Origin: Methanothrix sp.
GTDB lineage: Archaea; Halobacteriota; Methanosarcinia; Methanotrichales; Methanotrichaceae
Length of the DNA: 64,000 nt
Direction: 5' to 3'
Assembly: GCA_963682135.1 (NCBI GenBank)
Contig: OY821645.1
Location: forward strand, 2,080,001-2,144,000
The notes beneath the pieces were generated by a model. The model was not told the origin of the DNA and ran no database searches. It saw nothing but the letters and a program-made list of their open reading frames with translations. Every line of letters begins with the position of its first letter. The first letter of the stretch is position 1. A program made the translations under genes and the position numbers. Positions 40,845 to 51,623 of this stretch are shown in pieces.

Positions 40845-43421
40845 ATGAGCGAGGTCTCCAAGGAGTACAACTTTAGTGAAGTGGAAAAAAAATGGGTGCA
40901 GAGTTGGGACAGTTCTATTTATCACTTCGATTGGGAATCGAAAAAACCGCAATATATCATTGACACCCCGCCACCCTATCCTACGGGAGACTTCCATATC
41001 GGAAACGCTCTTAACTGGTGTTACATCGACTACGTGGCACGCTACAAGCGCATGCGGGGCTATAATGTCATGTTCCCGCAAGGCTGGGACTGCCACGGTC
41101 TTCCCACGGAAGTAAAGGTAGAGCAGTTAAATCATATCACCAAGAACCAGGTACCCAGAGAAGAGTTTCGGCGTCTGTGCGAGAAGCTGACTTTTGAGGC
41201 CATCGAGAGGTTTCATCTCTCCATGGGACGGCTGGGCCTGTCCATAGACTGGTCCAACGAATACGTAACCATGAAGCCGGAGTACTACGTCAAGACGCAA
41301 ACCTCTTTTGTGCGCATGTACCAAAGCGGCCAGATATACCGGGCCAACCATCCTGTCAACTGGTGTCCCCGCTGCGGAACAGCCATTGCCTTTGCTGAAG
41401 TGGAATACGATTCCCGAACTACAACTTTAAACTACATGCGCTTTTCTGCACAGGAGGGCGAGATGCAGATCGCCACCTCTCGGCCCGAGCTGCTGCCCGC
41501 TTGCGTCGCCGTAGCTGTGAATCCTGATGATGAGCGCTACCGCAAATATATCGGCAAGAATGTCTCGGTTCCCATATTCAATTACGAGGTTCCCGTGATA
41601 GCTGATCCTGTGGTGGACACGAGCTTCGGCACGGGAATTGTCATGATCTGCACCTTCGGCGATAGGCAGGATGTGAGATGGTGGATGGAGCATCATCTCC
41701 CTCTACGCCAGGCCATAGATCGCGAGGGAATGCTCACGGACATCGCCGGGCCCTACGCCGGCCTCAGCATTACTGAGGCCAAGAAGAAGATCACCCAGGA
41801 TATGGTAAATGAGGGGATTGTCTTCAAACAGGAGCCCCTGGAGCAGAATGTGGGACTATGCTGGCGGTGCAAAACCCCCATTGAGATTCTTTCCGAGCAG
41901 CAGTGGTTTGTCAAGATCAACCGGGAGGAGATCAAGAAGACGGCAGAAGAGATCGAGTGGGTACCTCCTCACATGCAGGTCCGGCTCAGAAATTGGGCCG
42001 ATTCTATGGAATGGGACTGGTGCATCTCCCGGCAGAGGATCTTCGCTACGCCCATACCCGTCTGGTACTGCCGCCATTGTCAGGAGCCGAAGATTGCCAG
42101 GGAAGAGTGGCTTCCTCTCGATCCCAATCAGACTTATCCGCCCGAAAAATGCAAGTGCGGAAGCACTGATTTCATTGCAGAACAGGATGTTCTCGACACC
42201 TGGATGGACAGCTCCATCTCCGCCCTCGCCGTGGCCGGCTGGCCGGATAGAAAAGATCTGCGCATGCCTACGCAACTAAGGCCGCAGGGACATGACATCA
42301 TCCGCACCTGGGCATTTTACACAATCTTGCGCACGAAATCCCTGGAGGGAGTCAAGCCCTGGGATACCATTCTCATCAACGGCATGGCCTTGGGCGAGGA
42401 CGGGCATAAGATGTCCAAGTCCCTGAACAATTTCATACGCCCCGAAGAGGTCTTCCTGACCAATGGAGCCGATGCGCTTCGCCAGTGGGGAGCTATGGGC
42501 GGATCCCCGGGAAACGACATCATGTTCCAGTGGAAGGAGATCACAGCAGCCAGCCGCTTCCAACAAAAGCTCTGGTCGATCTATCGCTTCTCTCTGCCCT
42601 TAATCGCCAAAGTGGATGCCCATCCCGGTCAAGTGGATCGATGGCTCTTGGGAGAGCTGGATTCTCTCATCATGAAGGCGACCACTGCTATGGATGCCTA
42701 TCAGTTTGATGAGACCATGAAGGCGATTCGCGGCTTTGCCTGGGAGGTCTTGGCTGACAACTACATCGAGCTGGTCAAGGCCCGTCTCTACGGCCCGGAT
42801 GGGCCTGAGAAGAGAGCCGCCCAAAATACTCTTTACACGGCTCTGGTGACCATCTCTCAACTCATGGCCCCCTTTACTCCCTTTATCTCTGAGGAGATTC
42901 ATCATACCCTCACGGGGGAGAGCGTTCATTTGCAGAGCTGGCCGGAGCCGTCCGGCACAAATCTCGATTCGGCTGGACTTGCCATTAAAGAGATTGCTGC
43001 AGCTCTGCGACGTTATAAATCTGAAAAGGGGATGGCCCTCAATTCACCTCTGCAGGGAATAGTAGTATATTCAGATCTGGCTCTGGAGACCATTGATCTC
43101 GTAGGCGTTGCTAATTCCCAGGTAGAAAGCCGTACGGGAAGCCCCCAGATAGAGATGAGGCCCATAGCCATCAGGCCGCAGATGAAGGTAATTGGCCCCA
43201 GGTTCAAGGACAAGAGCGGCAAAATTATAAAAGCCCTGAGCGGCATGGACCCGGCACTGGTTGCCGATCAAAAAGCAGGGGGAACAATTGCGGTCCAGGC
43301 AGACCATGAGATCATAGAGGTTCCAGCAGAGGCAGCAGAGATCGTCGTGGAGAGTCTTTCCGCAGGTGAGGCTGTAGATATTCTGCACCTGGAAAAAGCT
43401 ACTGTGCTGGTCCGAAGATGA
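40845..43421 (+). CDS. valS: Valine--tRNA ligase
   Basis: [15 protein letters not shown] (HIGH), [16 protein letters not shown] and KMSKS motifs. Confidence 0.97.
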   Translation: MSEVSKEYNFSEVEKKWVQSWDSSIYHFDWESKKPQYIIDTPPPYPTGDFHIGNALNWCYIDYVARYKRMRGYNVMFPQGWDCHGLPTEVKVEQLNHITKNQVPREEFRRLCEKLTFEAIERFHLSMGRLGLSIDWSNEYVTMKPEYYVKTQTSFVRMYQSGQIYRANHPVNWCPRCGTAIAFAEVEYDSRTTTLNYMRFSAQEGEMQIATSRPELLPACVAVAVNPDDERYRKYIGKNVSVPIFNYEVPVIADPVVDTSFGTGIVMICTFGDRQDVRWWMEHHLPLRQAIDREGMLTDIAGPYAGLSITEAKKKITQDMVNEGIVFKQEPLEQNVGLCWRCKTPIEILSEQQWFVKINREEIKKTAEEIEWVPPHMQVRLRNWADSMEWDWCISRQRIFATPIPVWYCRHCQEPKIAREEWLPLDPNQTYPPEKCKCGSTDFIAEQDVLDTWMDSSISALAVAGWPDRKDLRMPTQLRPQGHDIIRTWAFYTILRTKSLEGVKPWDTILINGMALGEDGHKMSKSLNNFIRPEEVFLTNGADALRQWGAMGGSPGNDIMFQWKEITAASRFQQKLWSIYRFSLPLIAKVDAHPGQVDRWLLGELDSLIMKATTAMDAYQFDETMKAIRGFAWEVLADNYIELVKARLYGPDGPEKRAAQNTLYTALVTISQLMAPFTPFISEEIHHTLTGESVHLQSWPEPSGTNLDSAGLAIKEIAAALRRYKSEKGMALNSPLQGIVVYSDLALETIDLVGVANSQVESRTGSPQIEMRPIAIRPQMKVIGPRFKDKSGKIIKALSGMDPALVADQKAGGTIAVQADHEIIEVPAEAAEIVVESLSAGEAVDILHLEKATVLVRR

Positions 43422-43969
43422 TCGAGGTAGAGGTCAAGGCCCGCGCCCCAGATGACATCGAAAAGAGGATTGCAGCTCTTGGGGCCACTCTCTTGGTGGT
43501 GGAAAATCACCACGACCTCTATTTCAATTCCCCCCAGCGCGACTTTAGATGCAGCGATGAGGCCCTGCGCATTCGCATCAAGGAGGAAGGAGCGCGTCTG
43601 ACCTACAAGGGGCCCAAGCTTGATCAGACCACCAAGTCGCGCCTGGAAAGGACAGTGAAAATAGACGATCCTCAGCAGATGGAGCTGATCCTCTCTGCCC
43701 TGGGATTTGTGCTGTCTGCTCAGGTGAGAAAAAAAAGAGCCAAGTATTCCTATGAAGGCGTGATTGTGGCCTTGGACGAGGTAGATGGGCTGGGCAGCTT
43801 TGTAGAGGTGGAGGCCGAGGTAGAGGACGGTTATGAGGGACAGAAGCGCAAGGTATTATCGGCGATGAGCAAGCTCGGTCTGCAAGAGTCGATTAGAAGC
43901 TCCTATCTCGAGCTTCTGGATGAAAAAAGAAAGAATATCGAGAACGAAGCAAGCAGGCAGAGCCTTTGA
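43418..43969 (+). CDS. cyaB: CYTH-domain protein (class IV adenylate cyclase-like)
   Basis: [32 protein letters not shown] and SYLELL motifs. Confidence 0.9.
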   Translation: MIEVEVKARAPDDIEKRIAALGATLLVVENHHDLYFNSPQRDFRCSDEALRIRIKEEGARLTYKGPKLDQTTKSRLERTVKIDDPQQMELILSALGFVLSAQVRKKRAKYSYEGVIVALDEVDGLGSFVEVEAEVEDGYEGQKRKVLSAMSKLGLQESIRSSYLELLDEKRKNIENEASRQSL

Positions 43970-43983
43970 GCGGCGGGAGAAAT

Positions 43984-44919
43984 ATGTCTGTCAGTTCAAG
44001 GATTCCGGTATTGGTGATGCTGCTCTTCATAGTAGCCGTTCAGCTTCTGGCTTTGGCGATTACCCCGGCCATCTCTGCCAGCGACAACAGGGTCTTTGCC
44101 GATCCCTCATCAACCACTAATCCCTTTGTCTATATGCTTCTCATCCTGGCATTCACTGCCCTTCTTCTCCTGGCCATCAAGAAGAAGAAGAACTGGATCG
44201 TCAATGGATTCATACAACTATCTATCGCCACAAGCATCTATTATCTAATGGTGGCCTTTGTTCCGCCTCTGCTGGCACTACTGCCCACAGTTGCCGGGAT
44301 TCTCCTGCTTCGCTACTATCCGGAGTGGTATGTCATAGACCTCTTCGGCATTGCTGTCTGCGCCGGCATCAGCTCGCTATTCGGAGTGAGCATGACCATC
44401 CTTCCCACGCTGCTGCTATTGATCATCCTGGCAGTCTACGATGCCCTCTCCGTCTACAAGACCCGCCATATGGTCTCCCTGGCCGAGGGCGTGATAAAGA
44501 TCAAAGCACCTCTGCTATTCGTTGTTCCGAGGAGCCGAAGCTACAGCTTCCGAAAAGATACTGCGCCAGTATCAACTTCCGAGATAAGAGATCAGCCGAA
44601 CGGCAATCCGGACGGCGGCACAGATAGCAGCAACAGCAGCAACCAGACAGGCCGCAAAAGGGGGGCATTCTTCCTGGGACTGGGAGATGCCATCATTCCC
44701 ACCATTCTGGTCATATCGGCCTTTACATCGCTTCCTGCGGGAGGCTTTTTGGGAATAAATCTCCCGACGATTGGAGCCATGCTGGGGACCTATCTTGGTT
44801 TCCTGGCTTTAATGACCACCTCGCGAGATAAGCCTCAGGCAGGACTGCCCTTCCTAAATTTTGGTGTGATTTTAGGATTTCTAGCAGGCTGCGCCGTCGC
44901 TGGTATCGCCCCGTTTTGA
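43984..44919 (+). CDS. Presenilin-family intramembrane aspartyl protease (PSH)
   Basis: VYDALSVYKT.HM, FLGLGD and PQAGLP motifs; multi-TM. Confidence 0.92.
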   Translation: MSVSSRIPVLVMLLFIVAVQLLALAITPAISASDNRVFADPSSTTNPFVYMLLILAFTALLLLAIKKKKNWIVNGFIQLSIATSIYYLMVAFVPPLLALLPTVAGILLLRYYPEWYVIDLFGIAVCAGISSLFGVSMTILPTLLLLIILAVYDALSVYKTRHMVSLAEGVIKIKAPLLFVVPRSRSYSFRKDTAPVSTSEIRDQPNGNPDGGTDSSNSSNQTGRKRGAFFLGLGDAIIPTILVISAFTSLPAGGFLGINLPTIGAMLGTYLGFLALMTTSRDKPQAGLPFLNFGVILGFLAGCAVAGIAPF

Positions 44920-44940
44920 AAATTGCAGAAGAGGTCTCGG

Positions 44941-45981
44941 ATGAAGCTATTCAATCGTCACATGATGCGAAACCAGGAAGCTGCCAGCCTGCTTGAGCTT
45001 TTTATCGTTATATCCGTCCTTTCTGTTTTGGGCATCCGCTTTTTCTTAGCTTTGACCGGTTATCCCAGCTTTCACCCGGGCAATCTGCATATCGCTCACG
45101 TCCTCTTAGGCGGTGTGCTCATGATGATCGCCCTGGTCATTGCACTCGCCTACATCAATAAGTCTTCTTATTATCTGGTGGCCGTCCTGGGGGGCCTGGG
45201 ATTTGGGGCTTTCATAGACGAGCTGGGCAAGTTCATCACCGGCGACAACGACTACTTCTATCAGCCCACCGTGGCCCTAATTTACATAGTATTCGTCCTG
45301 ATCTATCTGCTCATAGAGAACTTTGTCAAGAAGCCAGTGCTCAGCGAGCAGGAGAAGCTGATCAATGCTCTGGAGATTGCCAAAGAGGTAGTCCTGGAAG
45401 ACCTCGATCACCGGGAGAGAAGAAGGGCGCTGGATCTTCTCAAGGAATGCTCTCCTTCCGATCCGGTGACAAAGGCCCTGCGAGCGCTTCTTTACGCCAC
45501 GCAGTCTGTGCCTATCCCCAAGCCCGATATCTACACTGCTGCCAAGTATCGCGGCAGAAGGATTTACCGCAAGCTGGTGCAAAAATCGTGGTTTGTAAAT
45601 GCGGTGATTGCGTTCTTCATACTGCAATCGCTCTTTGCACTGGGTCTGGACTTCTTTTTGCTCTATGTTAAGCTGGAGATGATGGTGGATCTGCATACCA
45701 TCTTTCCCACTCTCACTCTCTACGATCTGGCCGGGCTTCTTTCCGCTACACTGGCAGCAGCCCTGGTTTTTGTCGCCGTCATAAAGATAAAGAGCAGCAG
45801 ACTCCAGTCCTACCTGATATTCAAGAACGCCGTCCTGGTGCAGATCTTCCTGGTGCAGGTATTCCTCTTTTACAGGACTCAGTTTCTCGCACTTCTCGGA
45901 TTGGCGGGCAACATCTGCGTTCTCTTCGTGCTCTATTATATGATCCGGCAGGAGAAGGCAGCCAACGGCATCTGCATGTAG
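44941..45981 (+). CDS. Conserved membrane protein
   Basis: LHIAHVLLGG and GFGAFIDELGKFIT.DNDYFYQP motifs; multiple TM segments. Confidence 0.8.
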   Translation: MKLFNRHMMRNQEAASLLELFIVISVLSVLGIRFFLALTGYPSFHPGNLHIAHVLLGGVLMMIALVIALAYINKSSYYLVAVLGGLGFGAFIDELGKFITGDNDYFYQPTVALIYIVFVLIYLLIENFVKKPVLSEQEKLINALEIAKEVVLEDLDHRERRRALDLLKECSPSDPVTKALRALLYATQSVPIPKPDIYTAAKYRGRRIYRKLVQKSWFVNAVIAFFILQSLFALGLDFFLLYVKLEMMVDLHTIFPTLTLYDLAGLLSATLAAALVFVAVIKIKSSRLQSYLIFKNAVLVQIFLVQVFLFYRTQFLALLGLAGNICVLFVLYYMIRQEKAANGICM

Positions 45982-46057
45982 TGATGCATAAGAAGGAGGG
46001 AGGCAAAAGTCAATTGGATGTAGGAGGGAGAAAAATTGGCCATCGACTTTCGCCAAT
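45970..46057 (-). ncRNA. Candidate small RNA with two CUCCCUCCU motifs
   Basis: Minus-strand BRE/TATA (CGAAAGCCTTTTATAT, 46093-46078), 5' hairpin ATTGGC...GCCAAT, two CTCCCTCCT motifs and a 3' TGCAT...ATGCA hairpin. Confidence 0.45.
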
Positions 46058-46354
46058 ATACTATACGTCAATTGCCGATATAAAAGGCTTTCGCTTCCGG
46101 AGAGAAATGATCACCTCTCACCGCAAAGAAATCACCAGAAAACAGCATAATCGAAGTCTCGGGCAGGGGCAGCGCCGAAATCCACAGCGCCCTTTCAGGA
46201 TGAGCCAAAAACCTTCGTATGGCCTGACCCTGCCCAAAGCTTGAATTTAAAGGAACACAACCCGAAAACTAAGCAGTGCGGGATACTCTCGGGACTACAC
46301 ATCTGCTCTTTGCAGGGAAAAAGATTATAATCAGCGCACGTCGTTTGCATCCAA

Positions 46355-47410
46355 ATGAATCTCATAACAGAGGGCGCCATCACCTTCGAGACCGAGGGCG
46401 CTTTCTACAATCCCAAGATGCTTCTCAACCGGGATATCGGTGTCGCTATGGCCCGCACCCTGGGCCTCTGTGAATATCTTGATGCCCTATCTGCCAGCGG
46501 CATTCGCGGGCTAAGGGTAGCAAAGGAAGCAGGCGTAGAGAAAGTGACTTTAAATGATATCAGTCCCCAGGCTTGCCGGCTCATAGAAAAAAACTTGAGC
46601 GGAAATGATCTGGCCGGCACAGTAACCTGCTGCGATGCCAACGTACTGCTGCACGAGCAGCGCTTCCAGGCAGTGGACCTGGACCCTTTCGGCTCACCTT
46701 CGTCCTATCTTTGCGCAGCCAGCAGGTCAGCACTCTCTTATCTATTCATCACCGCCACAGACACGGCGCCCCTTTGCGGCGCTCATCTCAATAGCGGTAT
46801 CCGCAAGTACATGGCACGGCCACTGCGCACCGATTATCACCGGGAGATGGGGGCTCGAATTCTGCTCGGCCTGGCGGCACGCGAACTGGCACGCCTCGAT
46901 AAAGCCATGCAGCCCATGCTCACCCACGTTACCGATCATTATGTGAGAACTTACCTGCGTGTCGTCAAGGGAGCAAAAGCGGCCGATAGATGCCTGGAAA
47001 AGCTGGGCTATGTGGAGCACTGCCCCAGCTGCGGCAGCTTTGTCATACTGGAAAAGCCCCAGCCTGGTGGAGAGTGCCGCCACTGCTCTGCCAGGACAAC
47101 TCTGGCCGGCCCGCTGTGGTTGGGCGAGATACAGGAGGCGCAGGTAATCGAGAACGCCCTGAACTGGGAGGGGCTCAGCCGACGGGCAACAAAAATTCTT
47201 AGCACATGTGCCAGAGAAATAGGGGTGCCCATGTATTATGATCATCATAGCATCTGCGAGAGACTGCACATCACACCCGGCAAGATAGATGATGCAATAG
47301 AGCGACTGCAAGCCAGGGGGTACAGGGCTTCACGCACTCATTTTTCAGGCCTCGGCATCAAGACCGATGCCGGCTTGCCGCAGGTCGAGGCAGCCATAAG
47401 ACCTGCTTGA
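46355..47410 (+). CDS. trm1: tRNA (guanine-26-N2)-dimethyltransferase
   Basis: FYNPKM.LNRD, DALSASGIRGLR, DLDPFGSP, TATDTAPLCG, zinc knuckle, GPLWLG and RTHF...GIKTDA motifs. Confidence 0.95.
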   Translation: MNLITEGAITFETEGAFYNPKMLLNRDIGVAMARTLGLCEYLDALSASGIRGLRVAKEAGVEKVTLNDISPQACRLIEKNLSGNDLAGTVTCCDANVLLHEQRFQAVDLDPFGSPSSYLCAASRSALSYLFITATDTAPLCGAHLNSGIRKYMARPLRTDYHREMGARILLGLAARELARLDKAMQPMLTHVTDHYVRTYLRVVKGAKAADRCLEKLGYVEHCPSCGSFVILEKPQPGGECRHCSARTTLAGPLWLGEIQEAQVIENALNWEGLSRRATKILSTCAREIGVPMYYDHHSICERLHITPGKIDDAIERLQARGYRASRTHFSGLGIKTDAGLPQVEAAIRPA

Positions 47411-47598
47411 TTTCATAATAATGTATCTTTGTTTTTCAACCTAAAACTTAATAAAGGAGAAGAGACCTAATAGTGATAGCTGCATTATGAAAGGATAATG
47501 CAGGAATTCGCGGCACGAGGTGACGTTTATTACCCCCTTCATTGCTACTCCCTTTCGCATCTCGTGCCATCCCTTGTTATATTTTAGCAGGTTATAAG

Positions 47599-47979
47599 AT
47601 GCAATTGACACCCGTCTTGACTTATTTAGCCGGCTCCGACCTGCGGCTTGTGATATACTTCCTGCTGGGCGGGACGGTAACGGCACTCACGGCCTACTTC
47701 GCCAGCCAGGGCAGAGGCATGCTCTCTGCATTTGTAACTACCCTGCCCTTACTCACGATCGTCAGCTTCCTGCTAATATATGCCGAGGGGGGCAGCAAAA
47801 CCGTGGAAGATTATGCCAAGAGCCTTTTTATCTTCACACCACCCTGGCTGTGTTATGTGGCAATCGTTCTCCTGGGAGTCAATCGAATAGGAATTGTGAG
47901 GAGCCTGATCCTGGGAGTTGTTTTCTTTGTGATCCTATCAATCATGATGCAAAAAATACTTCCCGGCACAAAACTGTAA
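47599..47979 (+). CDS. Small membrane protein (DUF3147-like)
   Basis: Four hydrophobic segments; YFLLGGTV...AF...LP pattern. Confidence 0.7.
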   Translation: MQLTPVLTYLAGSDLRLVIYFLLGGTVTALTAYFASQGRGMLSAFVTTLPLLTIVSFLLIYAEGGSKTVEDYAKSLFIFTPPWLCYVAIVLLGVNRIGIVRSLILGVVFFVILSIMMQKILPGTKL

Positions 47980-48005
47980 AATAATAGTTTGCTTAAGGCA
48001 AAGCC

Positions 48006-48680
48006 ATGAAGATTGCTCTTGTAGGCGGAACCGGCGATATAGGCATGGGATTTGCCATGCGCTGGGGGCAGAAGCATGAGATCATCATAGGCTCTCGTAG
48101 TGCGGATAAGGCTAAGGAAAGCGCGACCGCGATGATGCAGCTCTTTGGAGCAGTTGGTAATGTACAGGGCAGCGACAACGCCAGTGCCATTTGCTCGGCT
48201 GATGTGGTCGTGCTATGCGTGCCCTATGAGCATCTGGCTTATGTTACTTCGGGTCTTTCAGACTCCTACAATAGCCAGCTCGTCATCTCGCCCGTGGTGC
48301 CCATGACCTACAACGGCAAATTTTTCCAGTACCAACCCCCCTCAGAGGGAAGCGCCGCTCTGCAAGCAAGGTCGCTTCTCCCTCAAAGCGTTAAAGTGGT
48401 CTCTGCCTTTCATACCATCTGTGCCGCAGCCTTGCAGGATATTGATAGGGTAATGAAGGCAGACGTCTTTATCTGCGGCGATGATGCCCAGGCGATAGAT
48501 CTCACAGCGCAATTGGCCGGCGAGATAAAGAGCCTGCGACCACTGATAGCAGGTCCTCTGGCCGTCTCCTCCATGGTAGAAAGCCTGACGCCTTTTCTGC
48601 TTAATGTCGCGCGCAAAAACAAGATAAAGGATGCGGGGATAGCCATCGTTTCTGAACGAGAAATCCTGCAAAATACCTAA
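48006..48680 (+). CDS. npdG: NADPH-dependent F420 reductase
   Basis: MKIALVGGTG.IG, IIGSRS..KA, EGSAA, VVSAFH and VESLTP.L motifs. Confidence 0.93.
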   Translation: MKIALVGGTGDIGMGFAMRWGQKHEIIIGSRSADKAKESATAMMQLFGAVGNVQGSDNASAICSADVVVLCVPYEHLAYVTSGLSDSYNSQLVISPVVPMTYNGKFFQYQPPSEGSAALQARSLLPQSVKVVSAFHTICAAALQDIDRVMKADVFICGDDAQAIDLTAQLAGEIKSLRPLIAGPLAVSSMVESLTPFLLNVARKNKIKDAGIAIVSEREILQNT

Positions 48681-48933
48681 TCCCAAAATATATCTTAATA
48701 TATTATTATATTTTTCATAGATAAGCTCTGGCTGAAACGTCGTTAGTTGTTGGCTATAACCAATGTTTACGAACGACTGCAAGAGGCACAGAATGCATGA
48801 ATGCCTCAGAGTGGGCTTGATCATTCTTTTGCCCACCAGACATAGACGGACCATCTTGATTAAATTAGAGAAAGATTTTTCTATAGCTTATTAGAATGAA
48901 TGAATCGTGAGAATTTTGGGACGAGGATATAAA

Positions 48934-50145
48934 ATGATCAGGATATATCTCGGGATATTAATGGGCCTTGTTTTAATTCAAGGAACTTTAGCTCAACCCC
49001 CTTCATTAGTGGTTGACAAATCAGTAACACCTAGTCTAATCTCGATAGACGAAATAGGTATTTCCTCAGAAGATATTCAAGTAAAGCTTGCTTTAAATCC
49101 GCCTTCAGTTAATCGCGTTGACGCAGATGTGGTTCTAGCTCTGGATTGTTCTGCGAGCATGTTTCACTCTGATAGAGATGTACTTAGAAGAGCCGCCTCC
49201 AAAGTATTTCTGAGCAAGCTTGATCCGGCAAAAGATCGAGCAAGCGTGATTCTATGGAACGATCAACCCTTTGATAATTGTCTCCTGGTCAATAATTTCA
49301 ACACATGTAATGAGACCCTTGACAGAATACCCGACCCTGATAAAGGTGGGACAAATGCAAATGAAGCTCTTCGATCTTCTATAAAAATGCTTGAGAGCAG
49401 CTCGCGAGCCAATAATAGCCGAGTATCTCATTCAATAATATTCCTTACTGATGGTGACCCAGAGGGTTCCATGAATAATTCATATTTTGATGAGGATTTG
49501 ATGGAATATGCAAAAGATAAGAAATATAGGGTCTATACAGTTGGACTTGATCCTTATATTCTATCAATACCATTTCTCAAAGAGTTGGCTACAAGGACAG
49601 GGGGCATATATGTTCAGGCGAAGAATAATCGTGGCCTGATACCTATTTATGAAAATTTATCAGAAATTATACCATATGACGTATTGGCCACAGAAGTCGA
49701 GCTAATTGACATACTTCCGCCCTATTTAGCAGAACCAAGAAATTTCGAGATAAGTCCAAAATATTATTGGTACACGCAAGATGAAAGTCCCGACATAGAC
49801 GTTAAGTCAAATGATCTAGATTTAACGAAGACGATTAGATGGAAATGGGGCACGGTTTATGCAAATAGCGAGCCACTGATATTGACATTCACTACAAGAT
49901 TTGAACGGCCTTTACCAGCTGATGTAGTAACTTATGAGAATAAAGAATTTATCAACTCTAAATTGGTGTATATAGATGCAGAAGGGTCTCCTAAAGCATC
50001 TCAGATTGAAGCGAAAGCAATTGATATTAAGGCAAAAGAACCCTTCATGGAACCAAAAGTGATTGGGGTATCCATAGGATTACCGCTAATAGCATTCAGT
50101 ATACCGTTCTTTAAATGGCGCAAAGAAAAAGAGAAAAATAAATAG
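48934..50145 (+). CDS. Secreted, membrane-anchored von Willebrand factor A domain protein
   Basis: Signal peptide; MIDAS motifs DCSASM, GGT and FLTDG; C-terminal TM and basic tail; visibly AT-richer DNA. Confidence 0.88.
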   Translation: MIRIYLGILMGLVLIQGTLAQPPSLVVDKSVTPSLISIDEIGISSEDIQVKLALNPPSVNRVDADVVLALDCSASMFHSDRDVLRRAASKVFLSKLDPAKDRASVILWNDQPFDNCLLVNNFNTCNETLDRIPDPDKGGTNANEALRSSIKMLESSSRANNSRVSHSIIFLTDGDPEGSMNNSYFDEDLMEYAKDKKYRVYTVGLDPYILSIPFLKELATRTGGIYVQAKNNRGLIPIYENLSEIIPYDVLATEVELIDILPPYLAEPRNFEISPKYYWYTQDESPDIDVKSNDLDLTKTIRWKWGTVYANSEPLILTFTTRFERPLPADVVTYENKEFINSKLVYIDAEGSPKASQIEAKAIDIKAKEPFMEPKVIGVSIGLPLIAFSIPFFKWRKEKEKNK

Positions 50146-50315
50146 ACTCATTTAGGTTAAAAAGCTCACCCCCTACAATATTTTTTTAAATTTTTCGAAA
50201 ACATTAGCATAGAATTCTGCAAAATTGGAGAACATCCTTGCCGCAAGAATAGCGTTTTTTTAAATTAAAATGAAATTGCTGCGGCGCACCCGCGCAGCAA
50301 GCTACAGGGTATTCA

Positions 50316-51611
50316 TCAAAAATAATTGGTAATCAAAGAGTAGCCATCCTTTATCATCACCCAGATCATATCTGCCGAAAGGTTCAGTCCCAGCCAATGC
50401 CAGATGAGATAGACGCCTATGAACATCCCCAGCATAGCACCCACATTGGATAGTGCAGCTACTAAGATGACCTTGAAGAGGCGGTTTTGCATCATCTGCT
50501 GAAAGTTGTCTGCAGCAGCCAGCGTTTTCAGGTCGGATACGGTCGGCTTGAGCTTCCAGGCCTCCACCATTCCGGCAAACCAGCCCGCCGCTACAAAGGG
50601 ATTGAGGGTTGTCATCCAGGCCACCATCAGTGCCGTCAGAGCAGATAACGGATGGCCTCTGGCCAGGATCACGCCAAGAGCCGACAGTCCTCCAGTTACG
50701 ACAAACCAGATGACACAGGCCTGGAAGATGATCTCGCTTGACTTGGCCGTGATCAGCACCAGACCAATGGTGACCAGGATGAGCAGGCTCACTACGACCC
50801 CGAATATCTTGACAAAGGTGATCTTCTTGCCGGGCTTCTCATTCAAGTCATCCAGGGCAGGAATATTCTCGGGATGCTCCAGATGCTTGAGAATTCCTTC
50901 TCTGTGGCCTGCCCCTACCACGGCCAGCACCCGGCCCTGTTTAGAGAGCAAATGCAAATTGCGAGCCAGGAAGGCGTCGCGCTCATCCACCAGCACACTC
51001 GCCGCCCCGGGAGAGATCTTGCGAAACTCTGAGATCATCTGGGCGACGATATCATCCTGGGTGATGCTGTCTATGTCAATTTCTTCTTCATCACCCCAAC
51101 CAAGAGCCGCGGGGATCAAAGATCCGATCAACCTGACCTTATCAAAAAATCCCATCGCCGACCAGAAACGCTGAATGGTAATGCCTATGTCCCTATCGAC
51201 CAATGCCACCCGCGCGCCTGCCTTCTTGGCGGCCTGTATGGCTGCCAGCATCTCCGAGCCGGGTTTAACCCCCATCTCCTCACCGATCTTTCTCTGGATA
51301 TAGGCCAAGAACAACTGAACCAGGAAGAAAAAGAGTTTCCCGCCACTGAGTAGCTCACTGATCTTGATCTCTTTCTCAACCTCCTGGCCGATAAGAGCTC
51401 GATAACGAGCTGGACACAGCTCCACAGCAACTATATCGGGGCGCGTCTCATCGATCTTGCTGATTACTTCCTGGACGCTTTTTTCTGATACATGGGCAGT
51501 TCCTACTATTATGATTTCATGGGATTCGCTACCAGCAGCCAATTCTCCCGGCTCCACCAGTCGGCAAGAAGAAGCGTCGGCTTCTTTAGTATTTTCCGTC
51601 GTATTCTCCAA
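50316..51611 (-). CDS. TraB/PrgY/GumN family protein
   Basis: VGTAHVS..S, VAVELC..R, PGSEM..A, LVDERD and VVGAGH motifs; C-terminal TMs. Confidence 0.92.
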   Translation of the reverse strand: MENTTENTKEADASSCRLVEPGELAAGSESHEIIIVGTAHVSEKSVQEVISKIDETRPDIVAVELCPARYRALIGQEVEKEIKISELLSGGKLFFFLVQLFLAYIQRKIGEEMGVKPGSEMLAAIQAAKKAGARVALVDRDIGITIQRFWSAMGFFDKVRLIGSLIPAALGWGDEEEIDIDSITQDDIVAQMISEFRKISPGAASVLVDERDAFLARNLHLLSKQGRVLAVVGAGHREGILKHLEHPENIPALDDLNEKPGKKITFVKIFGVVVSLLILVTIGLVLITAKSSEIIFQACVIWFVVTGGLSALGVILARGHPLSALTALMVAWMTTLNPFVAAGWFAGMVEAWKLKPTVSDLKTLAAADNFQQMMQNRLFKVILVAALSNVGAMLGMFIGVYLIWHWLGLNLSADMIWVMIKDGYSLITNYF

Positions 51612-51623
51612 ATTGATTACCTC

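Noticed and set aside
45277-46071. 264-aa minus-strand ORF overlapping the membrane protein gene
   Set aside because: It is antisense to a well-formed multi-TM gene, and its start lies within the putative promoter-to-TSS spacer.
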